The notes beneath the pieces were generated by a model, which saw only the letters and a program-made list of their open reading frames with translations, had not been told where the DNA came from and ran no database searches. The translations under genes were made by a program, and so were the position numbers. Shown here in pieces: positions 18,691 through 26,723 of a DNA stretch of 33,277 nt. Where the stretch lies: the IMG/VR virus record IMGVR_UViG_2778261295_000004; one strand, 5' to 3'. The DNA comes from a virus. Its lineage: Duplodnaviria; Heunggongvirae; Uroviricota; Caudoviricetes. Each line of letters opens with the position of its first letter. Position 1 is the first letter of the stretch.

Positions 18691-19749
18691 TTACGCTCCG
18701 GTTTCTGCTGCGGCGGCGCTGAAGTCACCAATCTGGATGTTTTCCACCAGTGCGGCGCAGCGGTAGTCCTCAACCACATAGGCTTCGTTAACGGATTCAA
18801 AGTTTTCAATCCGGTCACGTTTCGGGTTGTCGATAACTGAACGGCGGCGGGTGTCTTCCTGCCAGTAGATGGACAGGTTATCCAGACGGGTGATCAGCAG
18901 CGCATTCGGCGGGAAGAACGGCGCACGCACGGCCTGCAGGCCACCCATGCGTTTCTGGCTGATGATCATATCTGCAGCCAGTTTTTCACTGTTCTCCTGC
19001 TCTTTGTTGACCAGCGGGAAATACTTGTCAGACAGCAGTTCACGACCGCAAATCACCACCAGATCGTCATCGTCCTGGAAAACCACGTCGATAAGCTCAT
19101 TGACGGCATCCATCACCACAGCGTCCAGGTTGGCATATTCGCCACCTTTCCCGACTTTCACCGCACCCGGAGTGGTTTCGCCGCCCGTGGTGGTGCTGCC
19201 CATGACGTGATCCGGTGCATCTTCACGGATTTTCTGCAACCAGCCTTTGTTAACATCCTGCAGCAGCGGGTTTTCGCTGCGGTTGGAGTTTTTCGCACGC
19301 TTCACGCCGTTAAAGCCGATCATGATGCGGTCCAGTGCCTGACGTTTCACGATGGCGTCACGGATACGCACCTGGAAATCCTGAAACTTCGCCCACAGGT
19401 CCAGCTTCGCGTAGGTCAGCACCGTGTCAAAGTTGGTCTGCTCGCATTTATATTCCACATCGACCATCAGCGTCGGATCGACAGGTTCACGCTCTTTCGC
19501 GGTGGTGTCAGTGGTTCCGGCAATGGTGCTGCCAACACCCAGCCCCAGCAGCTGACCGGACTGCTCAATCACTGGGGTGACATTAATCAGCGTCAGGAAA
19601 GCGGCGGACTGCTGGATCTGGTCTTCCAGCGTCTGCTGCACAGACGGCTCCACAGTGAACTTGCTGGACAGTTCTTCAACTGCCACACCGTTCAGACGCG
19701 CCAGCTGCTGCAGGTAAGCGTTAAAAGCAAAGCGGGTATTCTTCTTCAT
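18691..19749 (-). CDS. N: Major capsid protein N
   Basis: 352-aa ORF after scaffold gene O. Confidence 0.9.
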   Translation of the reverse strand: MKKNTRFAFNAYLQQLARLNGVAVEELSSKFTVEPSVQQTLEDQIQQSAAFLTLINVTPVIEQSGQLLGLGVGSTIAGTTDTTAKEREPVDPTLMVDVEYKCEQTNFDTVLTYAKLDLWAKFQDFQVRIRDAIVKRQALDRIMIGFNGVKRAKNSNRSENPLLQDVNKGWLQKIREDAPDHVMGSTTTGGETTPGAVKVGKGGEYANLDAVVMDAVNELIDVVFQDDDDLVVICGRELLSDKYFPLVNKEQENSEKLAADMIISQKRMGGLQAVRAPFFPPNALLITRLDNLSIYWQEDTRRRSVIDNPKRDRIENFESVNEAYVVEDYRCAALVENIQIGDFSAAAAETGA

Positions 19750-19765
19750 CAGGTTTTGTGCTCCA

Positions 19766-20599
19766 TCAGCAATTGGTCAGAGTGTCAGCGGGGGCGTTAC
19801 CGCCTGTTGCACGCTGGCGGTAGTCCTGGCGGCTGTCTTCATGACTCAGCTTATTCACCAGTTCGTTAAAGGCGGTCTGCTGTGCCTGCAGGGCAGTCTC
19901 CAGCTCAGACAGGCGTTCTTCCTGCTCAGACAGGGATTTTTCGGTGCGTGCGCTCAGGTTTTGCTGCTCAGTGGCGACCAGCTCCACGGCCTTATGCACA
20001 TCAGAGAACCGGGCGTCATCGGACTGCTCTTTTTTGGTAAACAGCGCCGTGACGCGGGCAAACAGGGACGGTTTGTCGTCCTGGATTTCTTCCAGTTCGA
20101 TCACCGTTTCCTCTGCAGCGGTAAAGAGATTGGCAGGATTCTGCTTGCGGTTTGCCAACGGGTTATGGGCTGCACTGGCGCTGAATGTCAGCATTTCCGT
20201 ACCCAGACTGGCAGGGTCATCAGTGGCAGCCAGGCCGACCAGGTAGGCTTTGCCCGTATCAGCGAACTTCGGGCTGACTTCCATAGAGGTGAATAATTTC
20301 TGGCCTTTTTTCACCAGTTCCACCAGGGACTCCGTTGGCTCAACGTCAGCATACAGCGCCATCTTGCCTGCCAGCGGACCTTCCGTGATTTCTTCAGCAA
20401 ACAGCGCCGTCACCTTGCCGTAGCGGTTAAAGGTGCTGTCCGGCAGATAAGACTTGATGTGCTCAAGGTTAATCAGCGCGGTATACACCGCCGGGTTATA
20501 GCTGGCTGCCATCTGTTCCAGCCATTCACGCTGGATTTCGCGTCCGTCGGTGGTGGCACCTTCCACCCCGATGCGAAAACGCTTTGCTTTCACTGTCAT
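19766..20599 (-). CDS. O: Capsid scaffolding protein O
   Basis: 277-aa ORF with acidic, coiled-coil-rich C-terminal half, divergent from P. Confidence 0.85.
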   Translation of the reverse strand: MTVKAKRFRIGVEGATTDGREIQREWLEQMAASYNPAVYTALINLEHIKSYLPDSTFNRYGKVTALFAEEITEGPLAGKMALYADVEPTESLVELVKKGQKLFTSMEVSPKFADTGKAYLVGLAATDDPASLGTEMLTFSASAAHNPLANRKQNPANLFTAAEETVIELEEIQDDKPSLFARVTALFTKKEQSDDARFSDVHKAVELVATEQQNLSARTEKSLSEQEERLSELETALQAQQTAFNELVNKLSHEDSRQDYRQRATGGNAPADTLTNC

Positions 20600-20677
20600 G
20601 AGCCGTGCTCCGTTAGAAAAAACTTACTGGAGCCTTATGGTTGCGGTGATAGGGGCAGTGAAACAATGCGCGGTATT

Positions 20678-20695
20678 TGTACCGACAACCACACA
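20678..20695. promoter_or_regulatory. TGT-N12-ACA dyad in the divergent P/O promoter region (candidate Ogr-dependent late promoter element)
   Basis: tgt-accgacaaccac-aca in the 142-bp interval between divergently transcribed O and P. Confidence 0.45.
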
Positions 20696-20741
20696 AACCG
20701 CAGGCGGGGAAAGCCTTCATTCAAGGCTGTAGGTTTGTGCC

Positions 20742-22508
20742 ATGAACACCACACTGACACCCGCAGATCTCGATCCCCGTCGGCAGGCCATGCTGCTGTA
20801 CTTTCAGGGATACCGCGTAGCCCGCATTGCTGAAATGCTGGGCGAGAAAGTTGCAACCGTTCACAGCTGGAAAAAACGCGACAAGTGGAGTGACTATGGG
20901 CCGCTGGATCAGATGCAGCTCACCACCGCCGCACGCTACTGCCAGCTCATTATGAAGGAGCACAAAGAAGGGAAAGATTTCAAAGAGATTGACCTGCTGG
21001 CGCGCCAGTCGGAGCGCCATGCGCGGATCGGCAAGTTTAACAATGGCGGCAACGAAGCCGACTTAAACCCTAACGTCGCCAACCGCAACAAAGGCCCGCG
21101 CCGTCAGCCGGAAAAGAACGTTTTCACCGATGAACAGATTGAGAAGCTGGAAGAAATCTTCCATTCCTCCATGTTCAACTACCAGCGCCACTGGTGGGAA
21201 GCCGGAAAAACCAACCGCATCCGCAACCTGCTGAAGTCACGCCAGATCGGCGCGACCTTCTATTTTGCCCGTGAAGCCCTGATTGACGCCCTGCTAACCG
21301 GGCGTAACCAGATTTTCCTTTCCGCCAGCAAGGCACAGGCCCACGTCTTTAAGCAGTACATCATCGACTTCGCCAAAGAAGTGGAGGTGGAGCTGAAAGG
21401 CGATCCGATGGTGCTTCCTAACGGGGCCACGCTGTACTTCCTCGGCACCAATGCCCGCACGGCCCAGAGTTACCACGGCAACCTGTATCTGGATGAATAT
21501 TTCTGGATACCGAAATTCCAGGAGCTGCGCAAAGTGGCTTCCGGTATGGCTATTCACAAGAAATGGCGACAGACCTATTTTTCCACGCCATCCAGTCTGA
21601 CACACAGTGCTTATCCGTTCTGGTCCGGTGCGCTGTTCAACCGTGGGCGCAACAAAGCCGATAAGGTGGACATCGACCTGTCCCACAGCAATCTGGCCCC
21701 CGGCCTGCTGTGCGCAGACGGGCAATACCGCCAGATAGTCACCGTGGAAGATGCGGTGCGCGGCGGCTGTAACCTGTTCGACCTTGACCAGTTGCGCATG
21801 GAGTACAGCCCGGACGAATACCAGAACCTGCTGATGTGCGAGTTTGTGGACGATCTCGCGTCCGTGTTTCCGCTCAGCGAGCTGCAGGCGTGCATGGTTG
21901 ACAGTTGGGAAGTCTGGACCGACTTTCATGCTCTGGCCCTGCGCCCGTTTGGCTGGCGCGAAGTGTGGATCGGTTATGACCCGGCAAAAGGTACGCAGAA
22001 CGGCGACAGCGCCGGATGCGTGGTGGTGGCACCGCCAGCCGTGCCTGGCGGTAAGTTTCGCATTCTTGAGCGTCACCAGTGGCGCGGGATGGACTTCCGC
22101 GCCCAGGCTGACGCCATCAAAAAACTGACCGAACAGTACAACGTGACCTATATCGGCATCGACTCGACAGGTGTCGGTCACGGTGTTTATGAGAACGTGA
22201 AAGCGTTCTTTCCTGCCGTCCGGGAGTTTGTCTACAACCCCAACGTTAAAAACGCCCTGGTACTCAAGGCCTACGACATTATCAGCCACCGCCGTCTGGA
22301 GTTTGACGCCGGGCATACCGACATCGCGCAGTCATTTATGGCAATCCGTCGCGCCACCACCGCCAGTGGCAACCGCCCGACCTATGAAGCCAGCCGCAGT
22401 GAAGAAGCCAGCCATGCCGATCTAGCCTGGGCAACAATGCACGCACTGTTTAACGAACCGCTGCAGGGCGAGTCCGCCAATACCAGCAATATTGTGGAGA
22501 TTTTTTGA
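20742..22508 (+). CDS. P: Terminase ATPase (large) subunit P
   Basis: 588-aa ORF divergent from O; ATG start; its stop overlaps the Q start (TGATG). Confidence 0.9.
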   Translation: MNTTLTPADLDPRRQAMLLYFQGYRVARIAEMLGEKVATVHSWKKRDKWSDYGPLDQMQLTTAARYCQLIMKEHKEGKDFKEIDLLARQSERHARIGKFNNGGNEADLNPNVANRNKGPRRQPEKNVFTDEQIEKLEEIFHSSMFNYQRHWWEAGKTNRIRNLLKSRQIGATFYFAREALIDALLTGRNQIFLSASKAQAHVFKQYIIDFAKEVEVELKGDPMVLPNGATLYFLGTNARTAQSYHGNLYLDEYFWIPKFQELRKVASGMAIHKKWRQTYFSTPSSLTHSAYPFWSGALFNRGRNKADKVDIDLSHSNLAPGLLCADGQYRQIVTVEDAVRGGCNLFDLDQLRMEYSPDEYQNLLMCEFVDDLASVFPLSELQACMVDSWEVWTDFHALALRPFGWREVWIGYDPAKGTQNGDSAGCVVVAPPAVPGGKFRILERHQWRGMDFRAQADAIKKLTEQYNVTYIGIDSTGVGHGVYENVKAFFPAVREFVYNPNVKNALVLKAYDIISHRRLEFDAGHTDIAQSFMAIRRATTASGNRPTYEASRSEEASHADLAWATMHALFNEPLQGESANTSNIVEIF

Positions 22509-23542
22509 TGGGAAAGAGTAAGAAGAACCGCGCTGCGTCGACGAACCAGATCCAGCATAAAAGCCAAACTTCAGCCGAAGCATTCAGCTTTGGCGATCCC
22601 GTTCCTGTTCTGGACCGCCGTGAACTGCTGGACTATGTGGAATGCGTACAGATGGATCGCTGGTATGAGCCGCCTGTGAGTTTCGACGGACTGGCGCGAA
22701 CCTTCCGCGCCGCCGTGCATCACAGCTCACCGATTGCGGTGAAATGCAACATTCTGACCAGCACCTACATCCCTCACCCGCTGCTCAGCCAGCAGGCTTT
22801 TTCACGTTTTGTGCAGGACTATCTGGTATTTGGTAACGCCTACCTGGAGAAACGCACGAACCGCTTCGGTGAAGTTATCACCCTTGAACCTGCGCTGGCA
22901 AAATACACCCGACGCGGTTTAGACCTGGATACCTACTGGTTTGTGCAATACGGCATGACCACGCAGCCGTATCAGTTCACGAAAGGCTGCATCTTTCATC
23001 TGATAGAACCGGACATCAACCAGGAGATCTACGGCCTGCCCGGTTATCTTTCTGCCATTCCGTCGGCCCTGCTCAACGAGTCCGCCACGCTGTTCCGCCG
23101 TAAATATTACATCAATGGCAGTCATGCTGGCTTCATCATGTATATGACCGATGCCGCGCAGAACCAGGAGGATGTGAACAACCTCCGCAACGCAATGAAA
23201 AGCGCCAAAGGTCCGGGTAACTTCCGCAATCTGTTTATGTACTCGCCTAATGGTAAAAAAGACGGACTTCAGATTATCCCGTTGTCAGAAGTCGCAGCGA
23301 AGGATGAATTTCTGAACATCAAGAACGTCAGCCGTGATGACATGATGGCGGCGCACCGCGTACCGCCCCAGATGATGGGAATTTTGCCGAATAATGTTGG
23401 GGGTTTTGGGGATGTGGAGAAGGCCAGTCGCGTATTTGTACGTAATGAATTAACGCCCTTGCAAAAAAGGCTACAAGAGCTGAACGACTGGCTGGGCGAA
23501 GAAGTGATTAAATTTACGCCCTATATTCTTTCAGAAGAATAA
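22508..23542 (+). CDS. Q: Portal (capsid vertex) protein Q
   Basis: Start refined to the ATG overlapping the P stop; the table ORF starts one codon earlier at TTG (22505). Confidence 0.9.
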   Translation: MGKSKKNRAASTNQIQHKSQTSAEAFSFGDPVPVLDRRELLDYVECVQMDRWYEPPVSFDGLARTFRAAVHHSSPIAVKCNILTSTYIPHPLLSQQAFSRFVQDYLVFGNAYLEKRTNRFGEVITLEPALAKYTRRGLDLDTYWFVQYGMTTQPYQFTKGCIFHLIEPDINQEIYGLPGYLSAIPSALLNESATLFRRKYYINGSHAGFIMYMTDAAQNQEDVNNLRNAMKSAKGPGNFRNLFMYSPNGKKDGLQIIPLSEVAAKDEFLNIKNVSRDDMMAAHRVPPQMMGILPNNVGGFGDVEKASRVFVRNELTPLQKRLQELNDWLGEEVIKFTPYILSEE

Positions 23543-23550
23543 TTCCGAAC

Positions 23551-24249
23551 TTATTTGTTTCTTCTTTGTTCACGCCTTGTCTTGGCTTCGATAAGGCGTT
23601 GAGGTTCAGTGTAAAGCCGTTCTAAAAAAAGATAGGTAAAATCTTCAAGATCCTCAGCAGCAGCTTTATCCAAAATACCTTCATGCGCGCCATCATTTCC
23701 GTCATCTTTAACGCATTCAGCTAGTTCCCTTAAAGCTTCAGGCAATAGATGATTATCAAATAACCAATCCATTCTTAACCCTAGGCTTCTCCTTATTTTT
23801 TGCGCAGGCCCTTGCTCCCCATCAGGAAGAAGTCCTTTTGTTGCATAATCAAGGCAAAGCCTAAACATGGTTGCTGCTGCATTATAACAACCAATAGCCA
23901 AACATTTCGCCCCTTCCTCATATGCACTATTGATATGCTCAGGTAAGAACTCTGGCGGCTCCTCTACTGCTAAGTCTGCCGGTGATATAGGCCTAACAAC
24001 CTCTGCAACTTCCTTTAAGCCGAATATTCCACTTTCCCAATTATAGCCATCTAAAGTTTTATTTTTCGTTAAAGGTCTGCAAAGAAACATTGTCGTTTTA
24101 TGACACTCTCGGCAAACACAATAGACCTCGTATTCGTATGTTTTACCCCCGCCCAATGCATTGTAAACCCTAGTGCAATTCAGCCCATTAACATCAAACG
24201 CTATTTTTTGTGATCCACATCGTGGACAGTCATCCACTAACATAACCAT
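23551..24249 (-). CDS. Cargo protein: N-terminal zinc ribbon plus C-terminal DUF4145/HEPN-like domain (candidate abortive-infection or defence effector)
   Basis: 232-aa ORF with strong GGGAGGAG Shine-Dalgarno; Cys motifs CPRC and CVCREC near the N-terminus; C-terminal ...LRELAECVKDDGNDGAHEG... resembles the GN-x-x-AH core of DUF4145 as I recall it; AT-rich compared with flanking phage genes. Confidence 0.55.
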   Translation of the reverse strand: MVMLVDDCPRCGSQKIAFDVNGLNCTRVYNALGGGKTYEYEVYCVCRECHKTTMFLCRPLTKNKTLDGYNWESGIFGLKEVAEVVRPISPADLAVEEPPEFLPEHINSAYEEGAKCLAIGCYNAAATMFRLCLDYATKGLLPDGEQGPAQKIRRSLGLRMDWLFDNHLLPEALRELAECVKDDGNDGAHEGILDKAAAEDLEDFTYLFLERLYTEPQRLIEAKTRREQRRNK

Positions 24250-24359
24250 GTCAATTGCTCCTCCCTATGAAAAAAATGAGTTGAAAAATTGAATATTCAC
24301 GACTTAAAAAGCTAGCCTATTTAACACCATAATTTCATTAATTCAACCATGAGCGCGCG

Positions 24360-24378
24360 CTCGTATCCCCGCCACGCC
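24360..24378 (-). other. Candidate cos cohesive-end core
   Basis: Minus strand reads GGCGTGGCGGGGATACGAG, matching in its first 13 nt my recollection of the 19-nt P2/186 cohesive end (GGCG(A/T)GGCGGGGAAAGCA...); adjacent perfect palindrome GAGCGCGCGCTC at 24351-24362. Confidence 0.4.
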
Positions 24379-24427
24379 TGCCCGCTTTGTGTAGTGGTTT
24401 TCATGCAGGTGCCTGATCCACGCAAAA

Positions 24428-24450
24428 GCCCGCCAGTTCTGGCGGGCCTT
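24428..24450 (-). terminator. Intrinsic terminator downstream of the 372-aa cargo gene
   Basis: gcccgccag / ctggcgggc stem followed on the minus strand by TTTTG; lies about 65 bp past the stop of the 24514..25632 gene. Confidence 0.5.
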
Positions 24451-24513
24451 AGCAAAAACGATCCTCAAACGGTCATGCAAATTCAGGCAGCATAGGCATG
24501 CACTGTTGTTAGG

Positions 24514-25632
24514 TTAGTTCGTAATGCCAATTTCCTTCAAAACTTTAGCCATTTCCGTCTGACTTAACTTGTTCCTGAACAAAGGGAAATTTTTCATTTT
24601 TTCCGCTCGTTGCCCTTTTGAAATAGTAATCTTTCCTGATGCTGATAACTCAGAGTCAAAAAAATAACATATTGTTGAATTTGAATTCTCCATATTTGAC
24701 TTGATACAATTCCATATGCTTTCTTTTTTCATTTCACACATTCTAGGACCAAAAATGATCCCTTTAACAACATTAGCATCATGATGAAAAATATGTCCAA
24801 TATTTCGATTTACGCGTCTTTGAACATGCCGCTCACTCCCTATTCCTGCATTTGCCTCTGGAATAAACATTCGATATTCAGCTTCATATCTCCAAAATCT
24901 ATTTTTAGTTAAAAATAACTCTGCAACATTTGCGCTTGGGTCTAGAAGTGAAACCTCTTTAGCCTGATTACTATATTTTATTTGCTTAACTGGAAAATTA
25001 AATTTATCTGATGAAAATAAATTTTCTCTTAGCTTCATTCCAGGATGTGGCACGCCATTAATATTAAAATCCTGCGTTTCATAAATCACAACACAACCAC
25101 TAAAGCCTGCAGCATAATGCGCCCACATCATACGATCTAACGCATTAGCTGAAAATGACACACTGAATACTGCAGGAACTATTTTCCTATACAACCTTTC
25201 TTTGATACTGTTCTCGCAAAGTGAGACCAAAAATTGGCGTGGTTCAGGAATATTCCCATAAATAGCGGAATTAATCACATTGATAGGTAGTAAACCATCA
25301 TTTATGATCTTACGTATCTCATCAACGTGTGAGTCAAACAGGCTATCTAATGACTCAATGCTACTTTTTATTTTTTTTCCTCTAAAAATACGATTCAATC
25401 CCTTATGTATCTTCAAATTACTCAAATCTAATATGTGACTCAAATTTTCATAGGATTTATCGCAAGGAGAACGCAATAAAATATCCCATAATTTCAATTT
25501 ATTATCAAAACGATAATCTATATTGAGATCATTAGGATCATTCAATTGCGCAGGAGCGGAAAAATATAATTCATTATAACGAATAGCTTTCTCGAAGAAG
25601 AAGTCCGGACGGTAATACTTGAAAAGATACAT
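24514..25632 (-). CDS. Cargo protein with DUF2971-like N-terminus (candidate anti-phage or abortive-infection protein, function unknown)
   Basis: 372-aa ORF, ATG start; N-terminal LFKYYRPDFFFEKAIRYNELYFSAPAQLNDPND resembles the DUF2971 signature as I recall it; strongly AT-rich and Asn/Lys/Ile/Phe-rich unlike the phage backbone. Confidence 0.55.
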   Translation of the reverse strand: MYLFKYYRPDFFFEKAIRYNELYFSAPAQLNDPNDLNIDYRFDNKLKLWDILLRSPCDKSYENLSHILDLSNLKIHKGLNRIFRGKKIKSSIESLDSLFDSHVDEIRKIINDGLLPINVINSAIYGNIPEPRQFLVSLCENSIKERLYRKIVPAVFSVSFSANALDRMMWAHYAAGFSGCVVIYETQDFNINGVPHPGMKLRENLFSSDKFNFPVKQIKYSNQAKEVSLLDPSANVAELFLTKNRFWRYEAEYRMFIPEANAGIGSERHVQRRVNRNIGHIFHHDANVVKGIIFGPRMCEMKKESIWNCIKSNMENSNSTICYFFDSELSASGKITISKGQRAEKMKNFPLFRNKLSQTEMAKVLKEIGITN

Positions 25633-26137
25633 GACATTACCTATAACATTGCAATATTAACAACCGTATGAAAACGGTTTGATTGTATTGATAATATCCT
25701 ATTCTGCATATACCACAGTGTAAAGATTAATTTTAAATACCATATCCAACAGTAAATCATGTATCGACCGCCAGATAAGAAGCTTTTGAAAAACTTGGAC
25801 AATAATTAATCAAAAGGTAAGAGATACTCTTCAAATACATGACGTTGGCTTCCTCTTTCGTGATAACTATCAAGACCAAGTCCATTAGATAATGGACATC
25901 AAATATTCCAAGTCAATCCAAGAACAATCATCATAAGCTCTTCCCATCCTGTATCCTCTATCTCACTCTTTTGGACATTGAAAGAAGCCCCTCTGACCGG
26001 GAATGATTGTTTCCAGCGTTTGACCACGATATACAATATGATATTTGATGTCTTTTGATCAGATGGCTAACGCCTCGCACAGCTCGTTGTTCAACCTTGC
26101 TGACGCCAGAAGCAAGTTCAGACGCCAGCAACGTTTC

Positions 26138-26371
26138 TTAATGCAGCCAGCTGTCGTCTTCCCACACCTTCTGCATAATTTTCATCACTTGTTTTCTTTC
26201 TTCGTCCAGTTGCAGTCCGGTCAGTTCCACACCGTTAGAGCTACCTTTGCGGATACGAATTACCGTTTTGGGATACAGGGGGCGCAGATTGCGGTAAAGC
26301 TCGGATTCAAGGGCGTCCAGGGTAGACTGGCTAATTTTCTGCTCTTTATCGATCATTATTTCAATGCGCAT
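26138..26371 (-). CDS. DinI-like SOS-response protein
   Basis: Start refined to internal ATG (MRIEIMIDKEQ...) with GAGGTG upstream; N-terminal MRIE... and C-terminal acidic W-containing tail resemble E. coli DinI. Confidence 0.8.
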   Translation of the reverse strand: MRIEIMIDKEQKISQSTLDALESELYRNLRPLYPKTVIRIRKGSSNGVELTGLQLDEERKQVMKIMQKVWEDDSWLH

Positions 26372-26381
26372 AAAAGTCACC

Positions 26382-26570
26382 TCAGCTGATGACATCCATT
26401 GAGCGGTTGTATTCGTGGCTTCTGATTTTTGCCATGAGTTCATCAGTCAATTCAGAAACCCACTGCAGAGCCAGCCCCTTCTCTTCATCACTACACTCAC
26501 TAGCCGCTACAAGCTTAAGAAAAAAATCAATGCGCTGGAGCTTCAAAGACTCCAAAAAATAGTCCTGCAT
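26382..26570 (-). CDS. Small protein (62 aa), first gene of the LexA-box operon; possible Tum-like antirepressor
   Basis: Internal ATG preceded by a perfect AGGAGG; the upstream part of the table ORF (to 26672) contains the LexA box and so is unlikely to be coding. Confidence 0.5.
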   Translation of the reverse strand: MQDYFLESLKLQRIDFFLKLVAASECSDEEKGLALQWVSELTDELMAKIRSHEYNRSMDVIS

Positions 26571-26611
26571 TTTTCCTCCTATGACACCACAAGCAATACT
26601 GTACACATAAC

Positions 26612-26631
26612 CACTGTTTATATTTACAGTA
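26612..26631. promoter_or_regulatory. LexA box (SOS operator)
   Basis: cactgtttatatttacagta fits the CTGT-N8-ACAG consensus with an AT-rich spacer; lies about 40 bp upstream of the small ORF start. Confidence 0.65.
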
Positions 26632-26723
26632 TATAATAATCTTACTGATGTAAAACGTTTTTTTACGTTCATCAGCCTGATATGCCTGGTATTATTAAGA
26701 GCACGAATTGTTAACCCGCGTAA

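Noticed and set aside
19207-20296. Plus-strand ORFs of 220, 151 and 100 aa overlapping genes N and O
   Set aside because: Antisense to the capsid and scaffold genes; Arg/Gln/Leu-rich shadow translations.
20703-20715. GC-rich motif aggcggggaaagc as a possible alternative cos site
   Set aside because: It lies inside the divergent P/O promoter region, whereas the P2-family cos is expected beyond the end of Q. The motif at 24360-24378 fits the expected position better. Kept as an unexplained motif in the findings, not called as cos.
21294-22316. 340-aa minus-strand ORF inside terminase gene P
   Set aside because: Antisense to a well-supported terminase ORF; typical GC-rich shadow frame.
23525-23540. 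Short inverted repeat attctt-tcag-aagaat at the convergent Q / cargo gene junction as a terminator
   Set aside because: AT-rich weak stem lying within the end of the Q coding sequence; not convincing as a terminator.
26045-26389. 114-aa plus-strand ORF opposite the dinI-like gene
   Set aside because: Almost entirely antisense to the dinI-like CDS and with no ribosome-binding site; the minus-strand gene has the conserved DinI-like sequence.
26571-26672. N-terminal extension of the small ORF to the upstream ATG (96-aa version)
   Set aside because: The extension would place the LexA box and likely promoter inside the coding sequence; the internal ATG has a perfect AGGAGG and is the more plausible start.
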